From positions 2,074,932 through 2,138,931 of the forward strand of contig NW_003314267.1 of assembly GCF_000143415.4 (NCBI RefSeq): 64,000 bases of DNA. The letters are read 5' to 3'. A model generated the notes under the pieces. That model did not search any database. It was not told where the DNA came from and was given only the letters and a program-made list of their open reading frames with translations. The DNA is from Selaginella moellendorffii. Lineage: Eukaryota > Plantae > Lycopodiophyta. The position numbers and the translations under genes are program-made. Below, one piece after another: positions 12,021 through 24,814 of this stretch (within the stretch, counting starts at the first letter, position 1; each line of letters opens with the position of its first letter).

Positions 12021-12610
12021 TGGTATCAGAGGAGTATGATCTAAGATGACAAGGAGACCGGAGAGAGTAGCTTAGGATGCATCAGCATGCTCATGCAACA
12101 CTCACAAGATGAATTAGGGCAAGGAGATTGATCACCATGTTTGTGCACAATCATGCCAAGGTCTCTGTCTGGGACAGGCTTGGGCCACACCAAGAGGGTG
12201 CAGCCCGTGCAGCCAAAAATCGGAAGCGTAATGGGCAAAATGCCAAGAAAAAGAAGGACAAAAAGCACAAGGATAATAGCTTGTGTAATATTTGCAAGAA
12301 ACCACACTTGTAGTCATCTTTGTATTTTTGGCTGTGTTGCTTATGCTTTTGTCACCAAGAAGCATGGCACCAAACTTGAAGATTGCAGCGTGAAGGCTAT
12401 TCTCATTGGCTATGGTGACTAGAAATGAAGGCTTACAAGCTCTACAGCCTTTCCAGTTCAAAGATCTTTCACAGTCATGATGTGATCTTTGACAAGTCTC
12501 AGACTTTATGCTACTTACAATCTTCCCACAGCAATCGAGCCCCCAGTCAAGTGTCAATAGTTTGTGACAATTGACAGTGATGGAGAAGAAGACACCTCTA
12601 CTTCTAGGTT
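12021..12610 (+). mobile_element. Internally deleted Copia remnant in opposite orientation
   Basis: PBS TGGTATCAGAG at 12021; CNICKKPH zinc-knuckle remnant; HLCIFGCVAYA...KL..KAILIGY..AYKLY..DVIFD post-integrase motif. Confidence 0.8.
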
Positions 12611-14665
12611 CTTGTTTATTTCTTCACAGCTACCATCGTCTCCTCTGTAGACGGAGCCGATCGGCTTTCAGTTTTCATGAAGGAAAACTGGATGAAGAAC
12701 CGCTGCGAGCTGCCGTCAGTAAGAGACCCCCCACAATGATCAGGTCCACAGCATGCCAGCATCACTGCCGGAGTACTGTGGACCTGATCATCGTTTGAGC
12801 CAAATGAGCGCGATCCATGCCCAGTGTTATGGGAGATTTCTAGGTTTTTCCGGGGATCTAGGGAACCCGGCGGCCGTTCTCCCGGTTTGTTGTGTCTAGT
12901 TTTCTCTACAAGCTCTCGTTTTTCTCTCTTTTTCTTTAGGGAATCCTCACGGATTGTCCATCCAAGCTGCTGCTTTCTAGGTTTGTTGTGTTTCGGGAGG
13001 TCGAGAAGGCCGAATCTCAAGGAGACGGCCAAAGATTCCCCTGTCTAACTGTGCAAGCTTGTTTTTTTTCTCTCGTCTTTACTGAGTTTGCTGGTGCAGG
13101 TTTGTTGTTGAGTTTCGTCTCTTAGCTCCGCTGTGAACGCTTTTTCCAGTGATGAAGACCAGATCATCTCCAGGAATTCTCTCAGGTGTGCAGTGTTTTA
13201 AACTGGATGGATTTGATCTTTTCCTGTTTTTCTTTGTTTAGGGGGTATCGATCGAGTGAAGACTACATATCCATATGTAGCAGTTAAAAAAGCAGACAGA
13301 GAGCATGGAGGATATCCAATGGACAGGTTTTGCTATGAAAGAAATGTAAGCTTTATATTTGTCTCGGGCTTTGTAATATTGTTTTTCTTTGTGTAATTTC
13401 TAGGGACGAAAGGCCTATTTTCCTCGGCCTGCATAGGTAATTTTTCCCCCTTACCTAAAGAGTGTGCGTTTGGAAGAGGCACAATAGGCATATCAACAAA
13501 AGAAACCAAATATGTAGTTTCTACTAAATGGTGCTAAAGCAAAATTCAGTAAAACAATTAAAGGTATGTTTTGGGTCACTATTGGACAGTAAGTTTTCCT
13601 TTTGTTTCTTTTCTTTAATTTTAGTTTTTTATTTTTCAGGAATTCTACTTTGGATAACATCTCAATTGGATTCAACCATTTACTTTTTTTTTATTGCCTT
13701 CCGGATGAGTTTGACAACGGGTTGGCAATAGACTAGTTTATCACAAAGTATTCTTTCTTGCGTTTACATGTAAAATAATATTTTCTTGCTTTTGTTGCAG
13801 TAAATGCGAAGCCTTTCTTGTACAAATTGCAGCTATTATAAGTTTAGAATAGTAGAGAGAGTTTTTTTGATAGATAATATATAAAAGTCTCGATGCTACA
13901 ATTGCTTTAATGATAGCTCACTTTGAGAGCTTGCATTGCCTTTTTTCCAATGGCTATCACCTCGGCTTCGCCTCGTCCTACTAAAGTTAGTGTTGGCTCC
14001 AGGAATGTGAACTGCCATGGAACTCCTGGGATGGAATTGAGGAGCTCATCACTCGTGTTCTTCTATTTCACAGCCTCCATCATGTGAAGCACTAGACAAC
14101 CTTTAACTCAGCTCAAGTATGACAATGGCACACCATGGAAACTCATCTTGAATTGAAACTCAAAAGTTCCTTAAGACTAAAGGCAAACAACTGCTGGATC
14201 TCAGGCCCAAGATTGCCGTGGGTAAACTTGGTTTTGAATAAAAATTAATGCTTTCTGAGATCAAGTCATAGTTTAAGCATTAACATCAATGCTTTATTAA
14301 GGTTAACTTGCTAGAGTTTGTTCTTTAGCAAGAGGTAAATGAAAGTCTTCAAAAACTGCATTGGACTTCCATTGACTGACGTTGACTTTGAGCTCTCAGG
14401 TCAGCTGGTGCATGTTCCCGAGTTTTCTTTTTTTCATTTTGCTGCAGTCGAAAGCATAGAAAATCGTGGTAGGCCATAGGAGGAACGATCTAGTTGTTTA
14501 TGTTTTGAGGGATTTGCAAAAGCTTCCCACAATATTTGTTGCTCAAGGATATTATCTATCCATCGTTTATAATCTTGTGGTACCCAACCTCGAAGCATGT
14601 GACAAATGACTGCAAGTGTTTGTGAAATTTGCTAACGAAAGAACGAGGATTTACTTTGGCATTGA

Positions 14666-16512
14666 TCAAATTCGCGAGAATAGTTCCTGGATGCTGCCCT
14701 TCTGGACGTCACCCGCGCATATCTGCGAGAAAGAGCTTCCACTGTTCTAAGAGAATCCTCGTCTGATCAGCAAGACATTTACCTCCACGATTTTCTCTGA
14801 GGCTTCCGGGACCACGATCGCTTCCACGCAAACTTCCGCGACCTGATCCACGAGCCGCAAGACCTTTTAGATGCATGCTTTCCTGCTAGAGTTTCTTACC
14901 TTTGATCGACTGATACCACCTATGAAGAGCGAGTCGGCTGGCCTCATGACGAGAGCCTCATCCTGGAACAAAAAGAAACGTTATCTCTAAGAAACTTAGG
15001 AGAGAATAGCAACGCTTACAGCGGGTGCGTTCTCTCGTAGACCAGCAGGCCTTACGATAGTGTACTCAAGCCCTGAGCGTTGCAATGCAAGCTCTGCCTG
15101 CCTTTTCCTGAGGAAGCATAAAACGAGTGAGACAACATTCTTGTGAAGTTGAAGCCTGTTTCGCTTACCACCACAGAATGGGGATTATCTGGAGGAATGA
15201 CGAGACTCCTATCGACGTAACCAGTATAAACCGCGAGCTAAATGTCAGTCTGGATAGACAATACTTTGCTTGCTACCTTTTTCACTTGTCCTTGGTTCTT
15301 GGCTGCCGAGATAAGGTTCACAACTCCTTCATACTCGATCTGCAAAAAATCACTCAGTGTCAAAGAGAATGTGATTAACAACTTAAGAACCTGGTAAGTC
15401 TTCATAATATCCAGCGGGAAAAACTTCGTCCCAATGGCACACACGACCGCATTACTGTAAAGCTTGCATTAGACTGGAAGATGAGAACGAGCCAAACGTA
15501 CCTATCACCCAGTGCTTGCTTGAGAGTTTCGTATTTACAAATGTCGCCACGGACAGCCTGCTTGTCCAGAAAGAAGACACGATACCAGACAACGCAGTGA
15601 CACCAGCAGCACAAATTTCAACTTACAGTCACGTTGCCCTGCTCGTTGAATCGATTGGCCTTATCACGACACAATGCTCGCACTTTAGCACCTCCTTTCG
15701 AGAGCTTTTCCATCACGAGCCTGAGTTTAGAGAATCAAAACTTGGTTACAAAGGCAAAAACGAAAAAAAAAGCAAGAACGGAAAAACGAACTCACGAACC
15801 TTCCAGTTCTTCCCCAGGCACCGGCCACGAAAACCTTGAGATCAGCAAACCGCCCTTGATCGTGCCGAGGTTGCTCCTTTGGTTCCGTGCCATCTTGATC
15901 TTGCTCCTTTGGTTCCGTGCCATCTTGATCGTGCCGGGGCTGCTCCTTTGATTTCTTGCCATCTTGATCGTGCCGGGGATGCTCCTTTGATTTTATGCCT
16001 TTAGACGAATCCACGGGAGCGCTGCCAGAAACTTCTTTCGAGACTGCCTCAGCCCCAGCTTCTACGTTCTCTTTCAAATCTCCTCCCAAAGAAGAGATGC
16101 CCTCGAGCCGATCTCTCTCTTCTGACTCTTCCACTCCATCGTCAGCTTCGTTCTCCTCTCTCAAATCACCTGGCAAAGAAGAGACGGCCTCGGGCTCTTC
16201 CGACTCCTCAACTCCATCCTCGCCATCATCCGACGCAGCATCCTCGTCGGAGATTTCTTCATCCAGCGCATTATCGAGCAAAGATTTCTCTTGCCGATCT
16301 TCCTCAGCCACGTTGGGAGTCGAGCTATCCAGGATGTGAGGCTGCCGGACGAGCTCTTCCTCCACCGGATCATACAGATTACGCTTATTCAGGAGCTTCA
16401 TATGCCCTGCACAGACCGATGCGATCAACAACAGCCAAGACGCAAGAACAAGAGAAGAAAATTTCCACTCACGAGCTCGCCGATGCTTCGTCCGCGCCAC
16501 AATCTTCTGCAT
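14666..16512 (-). CDS. NAD(P)-binding Rossmann-fold (NAD_binding_10 / atypical SDR, TIC62-like) protein with acidic N-terminal region; copy lacking the upstream transit-like peptide
   Basis: Multi-exon: KVFVAGAWGRTGR, AVRGDI, IEYEGVVNLISAAK, FILVTSIG, LWWKRQAELALQRSGLEYTIVRPAGL, ISRSKVAEVCVEA, ending ELFSRI*. Glycine motif S>W relative to the paralog, so functionality is uncertain. Confidence 0.7.
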
Positions 16513-16863
16513 ATCGCGCTTGGTGGTGGTGGTCTTGTTGATCAAAGGCCGGGAGTGCCGGTATGTGTTCGTCCCGGGATGGAGGACGGATATCTTGAGC
16601 CGGGCGGACGAGATGAGTGAAGCTTGCGAGGACGATGTCTAGACGAAGCGGTGGTGATTTCTCCGTTGGCGTGGCACCAGCGGCTTGTAGAAAGTGGAAG
16701 AATTGAGATGGCTTTTGAGGAGCTGAGTGGTGAAGCTGTATACAATCTTATGGCAAATGCTTGCTCGACCTGAAAAGGTGTGATTTTTCCCAAGCAAATA
16801 GCTTGTATATCTATCAAGAAGAATGCAACAACGAGCTTACGATTGCGAACTCCTTGATCTTTC

Positions 16864-19800
16864 TTACGCTGCCAGGCTCTTGGAGGCGATCTCAAACACA
16901 TTCTCTGACAGGCCATCGGTTTTAGCAATGCGTTCCAGTTGAGCCTACAAGGACAAAGTCACACACATTTGAGAAGAGAAGACCTGGAAAACAAACAGTG
17001 CTTAACCTTAGCCAGCGATTGTCTGCCTTCATCAAAGCGTTTCCACCTCGACAATGACGATATCATTCGCGATGCCACCTGTGAGGACGAAGTTAAGATA
17101 CGAAGAAACTGTGCTTGAGTTACCTGAGGATTCATTTTGTCCAACTGCAAAGTCACCTCTGCCAGAAACTCATAGCCAGAGCCATCTTTAGCGTGAAAGT
17201 TGACAGCGGTCCGACGAAAAGGACCGATCAGAGAATACACCTGTGTAGCAAGGGATGTTTTAGCTCCTGAGAAAGGTGATCTGAAACACGGAACCTTGTT
17301 TGGGTTCTTCATATCGAAGGACGGATGATCTAGCAATCGCCTCATGTTCTTAACATTTCCAGGGATATCAGACATAGATTGTAACACCAGCCATTCGTTC
17401 ACAACCTGCATGGTTTTGCTCAGTCTCCATGAAAAAAGAAGCAAAGGAAATTCTTACCAAAGTTTCGTCCTTCCACTGCTCGTAGAAGTTTGCCAAAGCT
17501 TCATCACGCACGTCCCCAGGATTCTGGCAAAGTGAAGAGAGGGCTGCAAATTGATCTGTCATGTTTGTTGCGCTTTTGTATTCCTTCAAAGCAAGCTCAG
17601 TAGTGTCCGCCTCGTCCAGAGAGCAGAGGTAGCCTGCAAATCACGCACTCAACTCTAAGAGACAACTATCAAGGAAGCGACTCACCGAGAGCGAGGTTTT
17701 TTAAGGATCTCCTGGCTTTGTTTTTGTGATCGAATGTGTAGTGCGGATCAGAACTTCGGTTTTCAGTCACCTGCATCAGAAAACGGATGTCATGGCAGAA
17801 ACAAACACGATAAGTCTATACTCACAGTTTTCAGGAAATCTTGCTTCAGTTTCGACGCAAGCTCTCTTATCACAAATTTTCGGACAGTATGTACTGCATC
17901 TGGATCTGCAACCTCCATCAAGTCCATCAGTTCGCTTTCTCCAGGAAGTGTTAGTGCCTTTGCCACAAATTCCTGTAATATGTCCGTCAGCTAGAGCCTA
18001 GAAGCATGAGAAAAACATGCCTTATCTAACGAGGAATCGTTGAGAATACTGCGCATGCCTTCCACAAATGCGGATGGAACCGCGAGCTGTTCGTTTCTTT
18101 GTGCTTTCGGAATAAGATCCAGCATAAGTTTTCTTCCCATCGTCTGTCCAGCCTCCCATCTGTTAAACTCGTCGGAGTCATGCGCGAGCAAAAAGAGCAA
18201 ATCGTCATCCGTCACAGTCGGCGTCACAAGGCGCACGGGAGCACTAAAGTTTCTTAGGAAAGATGGCACAGGTTTCTCAGGCAAATTGAGAAAAGTGAAC
18301 TCTTGCTCTTCCTGCAAAAGTACACTGGTTAGAACACCAAAACCAAACAAGATGCACCCTCACCTTATCAACAAGAAGTACTGCTGTCTTTGCAGGTCCC
18401 CCCGCTGTGTCTTTCAATGACTTGAGTGATCCTCCATCAAACAACTCGGTCAACACCATATCTTCGCCTTTTGAATTTAGCAGACCCACAGCCAATGGTA
18501 TTAACGTCGGCTCCTTCACAGGTTGCCCAGGTGTAGAAGGAATTTCTTGCCTAAGGAGAAAACGCAGGAGAAATAAAGAATAGAAAGGCCACCTCTTACT
18601 TGCACTTTACAGTATAGCTACGAGCTGCAGCATCATACGCTGTCGAAACAGTAAGAATGGGTGTTCCAGCTTGAGAATACCTGTAAGAACATGGTCAGGC
18701 AGGTGAACACTTGTGCATTAGCTTACCATCTCAAGAAAACTGAAAGATTGGCGGAATTAGCGTCTCGCATAGCAGCAAAGAAATCCTCGCAAGTTACAGC
18801 TTGTCCGTCGTGACGTTCAAAGTACAAGTCCATGCCCTGTGCAACACCGTCTGCAAAGATATAAGAATACTGAACACAAACCTTCCGAAACCCATCTTTC
18901 CCAAGCAATGTTTGGTACATGCGAACCACTTCCGCACCCTTTTTATACACCTGTAGACATAGACGTAGAATTAAGACGCCTAACAATATCGTTTTCGAAC
19001 TTCTTACCGTCACTACGTAAATAGTAAGGACAGATAACAAAATGTCAGTCGCGGCAAAACTACAATTCTAAAGCTCATACCCGTATAGAAGTTGTCCATC
19101 TGCAAATAAGCTCATTTTTAGTAAGAGTTTTTGCAAATGAGGAGTACCTTTATGTAAGAATGCGGACGGACAGGGTGCGCCATGGGACCAGCGTCCTATT
19201 GCGGACAACAAGGTCAGTGTGATTTGAGGAGAAAGAAGAAAAAAACCTTTGGTACCTCTGAGAATTGTGCTGTTCTGAGAAGAGCGACATCACCGATACG
19301 TTTGACAGGTCGAGAGCCCATGTCAGAAGAAAACTCCTGTAACTTGGCATTTCAGTACACAAAGAAACCAACGCAAAAACTATACGCACCTGATCCCTGA
19401 AAACTGTAAGACCCTCCTTCAGACTCAATTGAAACCAATCACGGCATGTCACCCTGTATTACATGACTATAGCTAAAGCAGTGACAATGCGACGACGTAC
19501 CTATTCCCAGTCCAATTGTGGAAGTACTGCAAAGCAAACGTAGAGGTTAGCGGTTGTAGAACCTCTAATTCAGACCAACCTCATGACCGATCACACCCAA
19601 AATTGTCGCGTAGTCAACATCTGTAGCAGTTTCAGCAGACGCCAGAACAAGTTTCGAGTTGAATATCTGATACGAATAGAAAAATTAAGTGAATACAACA
19701 GCAAAAAGGAGACTCACATTCAAGCTCTTGTTCTCCATAGCACCCCTACACCGTGCATCAGTTACCAAAAACGAACAAAAACAGCATCTTACATGTCGAA

Positions 19801-21374
19801 ATCGGGAACAGCGACAATGTTAAACAGGTCAAGATCATACTCCAACCCATACACCTGTGCGAAGTTGAGATAAAAGAGACAGAGAGAGAAAAAAGACTTC
19901 TACTTACATCCTCATCCCACTTCATTGAAAGCTTGAGAGCATGCATAGCATGCTCTGTCTTTGGGACGTCTTGTGCAGGAGTCCAAATCCTCAGTTGAAC
20001 ATCCCTTCCTGAACGCGTTTTAAAAGTATCGTCTCTGGACGTGAGTTGCCCCGCTACCAAGGCAAAGAGGTAGCAAGGCTTTTTGAAAGGATCCTCCCAC
20101 ACAGCATAATGAAATCCATTCTGACCACAGCACGTCAGGCTCTACATAATGCCAGTGAAGAAACAATGCCAACCTCGAGGTCGCCGGAGTCTATAAGGTT
20201 GCCATTCGACAAAAGAACGGGACACTGTGCTTTGTCCGCTTCTATCCTGGTAGTAAACTTTGCCATAACGTCTGGCCGATCCTGTAATAGCTCGCCAGAA
20301 TGTCAGCCAAACATTGTCACAAAAAAGACCTGGTAAAAGGTTATCTTTCTAAAACCTTCAGCTTCGCATTGTGTACAAAACATGCCGCTGGAAGACTTGT
20401 AGAGCCCCTGTTGGAGAAAAAAAAGTAACCATACTAAAAAAACTTGATCCCACTTACTTCGAGAGACAAGTTAGTCTCCGGGTGTATCTCAGAGCCAATC
20501 TCTAAATCAAAAGGCTGAACAGGAAGTGACTTCAACGTCAGATGACGGCTGGTCAGCTCAACTTCTTCCAGCTTCCGTTCTTCGCCGTTGATTTTAACAA
20601 AGAGAAGTTTCACGTCACGACCATCCAAAACCAATGGCGGGCTTTCACCTGCATGGCTTCTGGTTAATGACTACCAAGATAGCGAACGAAACAACGAAAG
20701 TGAAAAAGAAAATACTTGAGTTTCTCGGCAAAACCCGGATCTTAGACACCACGGTTGTCTTTTTCTCAGACAGAACAAATTTCAGCTCGACCTGGGTGGA
20801 AAAAACGAAATCAGCATCCAAGTAGTACGGTGCGTTACCGTGTCAAAGTGATAGCCAGTGGGCTTGTAATCCTTCAAAAAAATCTCCTTGGGAGCCTCCT
20901 TGACAGCCATCTCTTCAGCTACAGGAGAAGCTCCAACACTCACTGTGGAGAATTGGCTAGACCCTGCAAAAGCACGCTACAGTTCACGACATGTGTTAGT
21001 CCGTAAGATTCACGAAAATGAAAGAAAAAACAAGTACCGGCAATTTCAATCGGCTTCCGCGCACGCAACCAAGTTCCTTCATGATGAGAACCATAAACAA
21101 TGCTTGAAACATCTACCTTGAATTTCGAAGACAAGGCAAACGCGGAACTGGATTTACAGTACCGAGTGAAGCTCCTTACCTGCAAAAGCACGTAGCAAAT
21201 TAGAGGAAGTAAAATTGACATGAAAAGGAAGAACCGAGAGAGAACAAAAAGAAGAATCTGAAGCAAGAAGAAATAAAGCACCGGGAAAGCTCTGGTGGCT
21301 AATGACAGTCGCGAGGAGACGGCCAAGACGAAACTAAGCCCTGGTCTCTGGCAAGGCGCCATGACGGTGGCCAT
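16864..21374 (-). CDS. Puromycin-sensitive / alanyl aminopeptidase N, peptidase M1 (At1g63770/MPA1-like), apparently intact
   Basis: Many short-intron exons. [51 protein letters not shown]|[31 protein letters not shown]-terminus [16 protein letters not shown]. Confidence 0.93.
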
Positions 21375-23234
21375 TTCTCCTCTAAAACCCCTAAAATCCA
21401 AAGACACAACACAGGCAGCTCCACTCTTTGAGAATCTCTACTGCTGGAGATCATCAAAGCACGAATGCGCTGCGCACAAAATCGCGAAAAACCTCACCCG
21501 ATCGGCGCCCACGCCCAGCGCCTCGAGCAAATATTATCACTCAGCTCCTCTTTTAGGTCAACACGGCACTAAAAGTTAGCGAGGTATCTAAGGATTAAAA
21601 GTTACGAAGGACTAAAAGTTACTAAGAGAATTACCAAGGATTTAAAAGTCCTGCGACCAAGTTCTGAGGAGACTGATTTAATCTTCCTTTGCCTGACAGA
21701 AAGGATCGATCACCTCATTGATAAGACGATTTTCATTCAAGAACAGACTGAGCCTCGTCTCAAGGAACATTGTTTTGTTTTGCAGGAAAGACGAGCTTTT
21801 CTCCACTGGACAACCTTTAAATCTGCTATGGCCAGTTCGCACATAGCACCTTATGGAAATTGCTACTGAGCCTTACACCGCCCATCTCTATGCTTGTCCT
21901 GGCTCCAGTCGAACTGCTCTACTTGCAAAATAGAAGAACGTGAGTGATGAGCTCATCGATTCCATCCTGGGAGTTCCACGACAGTTCATGTTCCCAGAGC
22001 CAGTGCTAACTTTAGCAGGACGAGATGAAGCCGAGGTGATAGCCATTGGGCTGGCTCTCAAAGCAAGCTATCATCAGAGTGCTTATAACATTGGGATTCA
22101 TAGGCTCTCAAAGTGAGTTATCATTAAAGTGCTTATAGCATTGTATTATCTATAAAAAAGGCTCTCTTTATTACCTTAAATTCATAATAGCTATTGCTTG
22201 GCGTGATTTGTACAAGAAAAGTTTCACATTTACTGCAACAAAAGCATGAAAATATTACTTTACATGTAAACACAACAAGGAATACTTTGTGATAAACTAC
22301 TCCATCGTTGGCCCGTCATCAAATTCGTCCGGAAGGTAGTAAAAAAGAGGTGACAATTGATTGCAATTGAGATGTTATCTAAGGTAGCATTCCTAAAAAA
22401 GAAAAAACTGAAACTAAAGAAGAAAAACAAAAAGAAAACTTATCGTTTAAAAGTGACCTAAAACATGTCTTTGGTTGCGTTAATGAATTCTAGTTTGGCA
22501 CAATTTGGTAGAAACCAGATATTTGATTTCATAAATTGATATGCCTACTACACCTCCTCCAAGCATGTGCCCTTTAGATAAAGGGGAAAGGTTGATATGC
22601 CTCCTCGGGCATATCCTCAGGCGGAGGAAAGTAGGCTCTTCGTCCCTAGAAATTAACAATATTACAAAGCCTGAGACAAATATAAAGTTTACATTTCTTT
22701 CATAGCAAAACCTGTCCATTGGATATCCTCCATGCTCTCTGTTTGCCTTTCTAACTGTTATATATGGATATGTAGTCTTCACTCGATCGATACCCCCTAA
22801 ACACAGGAAAAGATCAAATCCATCCAGTCTAAATCACTGCACACCTGAGAGAATTCCTGGAGATGATCTGGTTTTCATCACTGGAAAAAGCGTTCACAGC
22901 GGAGCTAAGAGACGAAACTCAACATGCACTAGCAAACTCAGTAAAGACGAGAGAAAAAAAAAGCTTGCACAGTTAGACAGGGGAATGGCCGTCTCCTTGA
23001 GATTCAGCCTTCTCAACCTCCTGAAACACAACAAACCTAGAAAGAAGCAGCCTGGATGGACAATCACCAGCAAGGATTCTCTAAAGAAAAAGAGAAAAAA
23101 ATGAGAGCTTGTAGAGAAAACTAGACACAACAAACCCGGAAAGAACAGCCAGCGATGGCAGCTGGATCATTTGGCTCAAACGATCCAACGGTATGGATTG
23201 CAACTCCCCAATAACCTAAAACCTGCAAACATGC

Positions 23235-23440
23235 GACACCCCGAGAGACCCAAAGAGCAGTCAAGCCGGTTGTCCTCCTTGTCTTCGAAGAGGACATTTG
23301 GGAGAAACTCGTAAATGAGCATTTTGTTGTGTGGGCCGTGGAGCTGGACGAGGTTGTCATGACACAAGAAAGCAATCTATTACAGAAGTCCCCATCACTC
23401 TTGTTTATTTCTTCACAGCTCTGTAGACGGAGCCGATTGG
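23235..23440 (-). pseudogene. Receptor-like kinase domain fragment (subdomains I-V)
   Basis: GSVYR..AVKK..CHDNLVQLHG..MLIYEFLPN..LD. The GSVYRG/MVAVKK part recurs at ~12616-12665 and ~43018-43067. Confidence 0.65.
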
Positions 23441-24814
23441 CTTTCAGTTTTCATGAAGGAAAACTGGATGAAGAACCACTAAGAGCTGCCGTCAGTAAGA
23501 GACCCCCCACAATAATCAGGTCCAAGTGATGCTGGCAGCTGGAAGACCATCTTCGCCACTATTGGAAACTTGCGTAGAGTTACTGGAGACCCTGCTTTTG
23601 AGCTTTTGCACCTTTGATTCTCCAGAAGGAAGAGCTTACCGCCACCACCGCTTAGCTTGGAGGATCGCACAAACATATCTCTTCATCGAAAAAGCCACGA
23701 ACCTCCCAAATATCAATAGCTGCAATAACATTGAATCTAAAGACCAAGAGGCATTAATGTCTGCTACATTGAATGCTAGCGGACTGTTACCACATCCGTA
23801 CACTGCAGTCTTTGTTGCGTAAGCCGAGGTGGTAGCACTTCCTTTTGTCCATAGTTCAGAAATTCTGGATAAAAGTAAATGATACGCACCTGCAACGATT
23901 GAGAAGAAGTTGAGAGAGTAGTGAGGACCATGATTATGCTGAAATCCAAATTTTCTGCAACAAGCTATGATGCGGGTCACCTGAGCTCCCCAGAAAAACT
24001 ATTTGTCATTGGATATGTCTCTAGACAGTGCTAGTAGAGTCCGTGAGTGCCAATTCCAGAAAGAATGCATCCACAAGTACATAGCTACAATTCCCTCACC
24101 TTTATCTGTTTTGATTCCAGCAACCTCTGCAAGATGGCATAGTCCTATATTTGCTTTATAGAAGTAGAGCAGTGTAATTTTTTGTACTCCTGTTTACCAC
24201 CTTCCTATCCATCCTTGAGCATTCGCTATTGGCCATCCTTCCTAGTGGAAAGCGTTCGTCCCACACATGCGGTCTTTTAAAGTTTGTACTGAGGAGCAGA
24301 ACTTGAAGAATCTATGCCTTTGCATTTCTTAGGCACTGGAACTTTGGAGCATAGCCAAGACCTTCTCTAGAGGCTTGAGTGGCTCACCGAGAGACTAGAG
24401 AGACCACTCTTTCTTGGATTCTCGATTGACACTTTTTTAGTTTGCACTAATTTTAGTATGGATTATATCTAATTTCTGTAAGACTGGGAACTTCCTTCCT
24501 AGTAAGCATATCACTAGCCATTGCATGCAGAGTGAATCATATAGAAGACTTATGTGATGACTACCTACTGGCTGCCTTTCTGAAGTAACAAAGCTTGGAA
24601 GGGGATTGTGGGGAGTTCCACTAGGTAAACTTGACTAAAATGGGCTTATATGGCATAGTGTTAAGTTGTTTTCTGACTTCATTCAACATAATATTCCTCT
24701 AGTTGTGCAAATGATACATAAGATTGCTTTCTGTTTTGCTCAAGAAAAGAAAGATAACAAGGAAAAAAAGGAAAAAAAAAAAAGAATTTAATATACCTCT
24801 TGTTTGAAGATGAG

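Noticed and set aside
24035-24650. Possible LINE C-terminal remnant
   Set aside because: The resemblance is too weak to support without a search.
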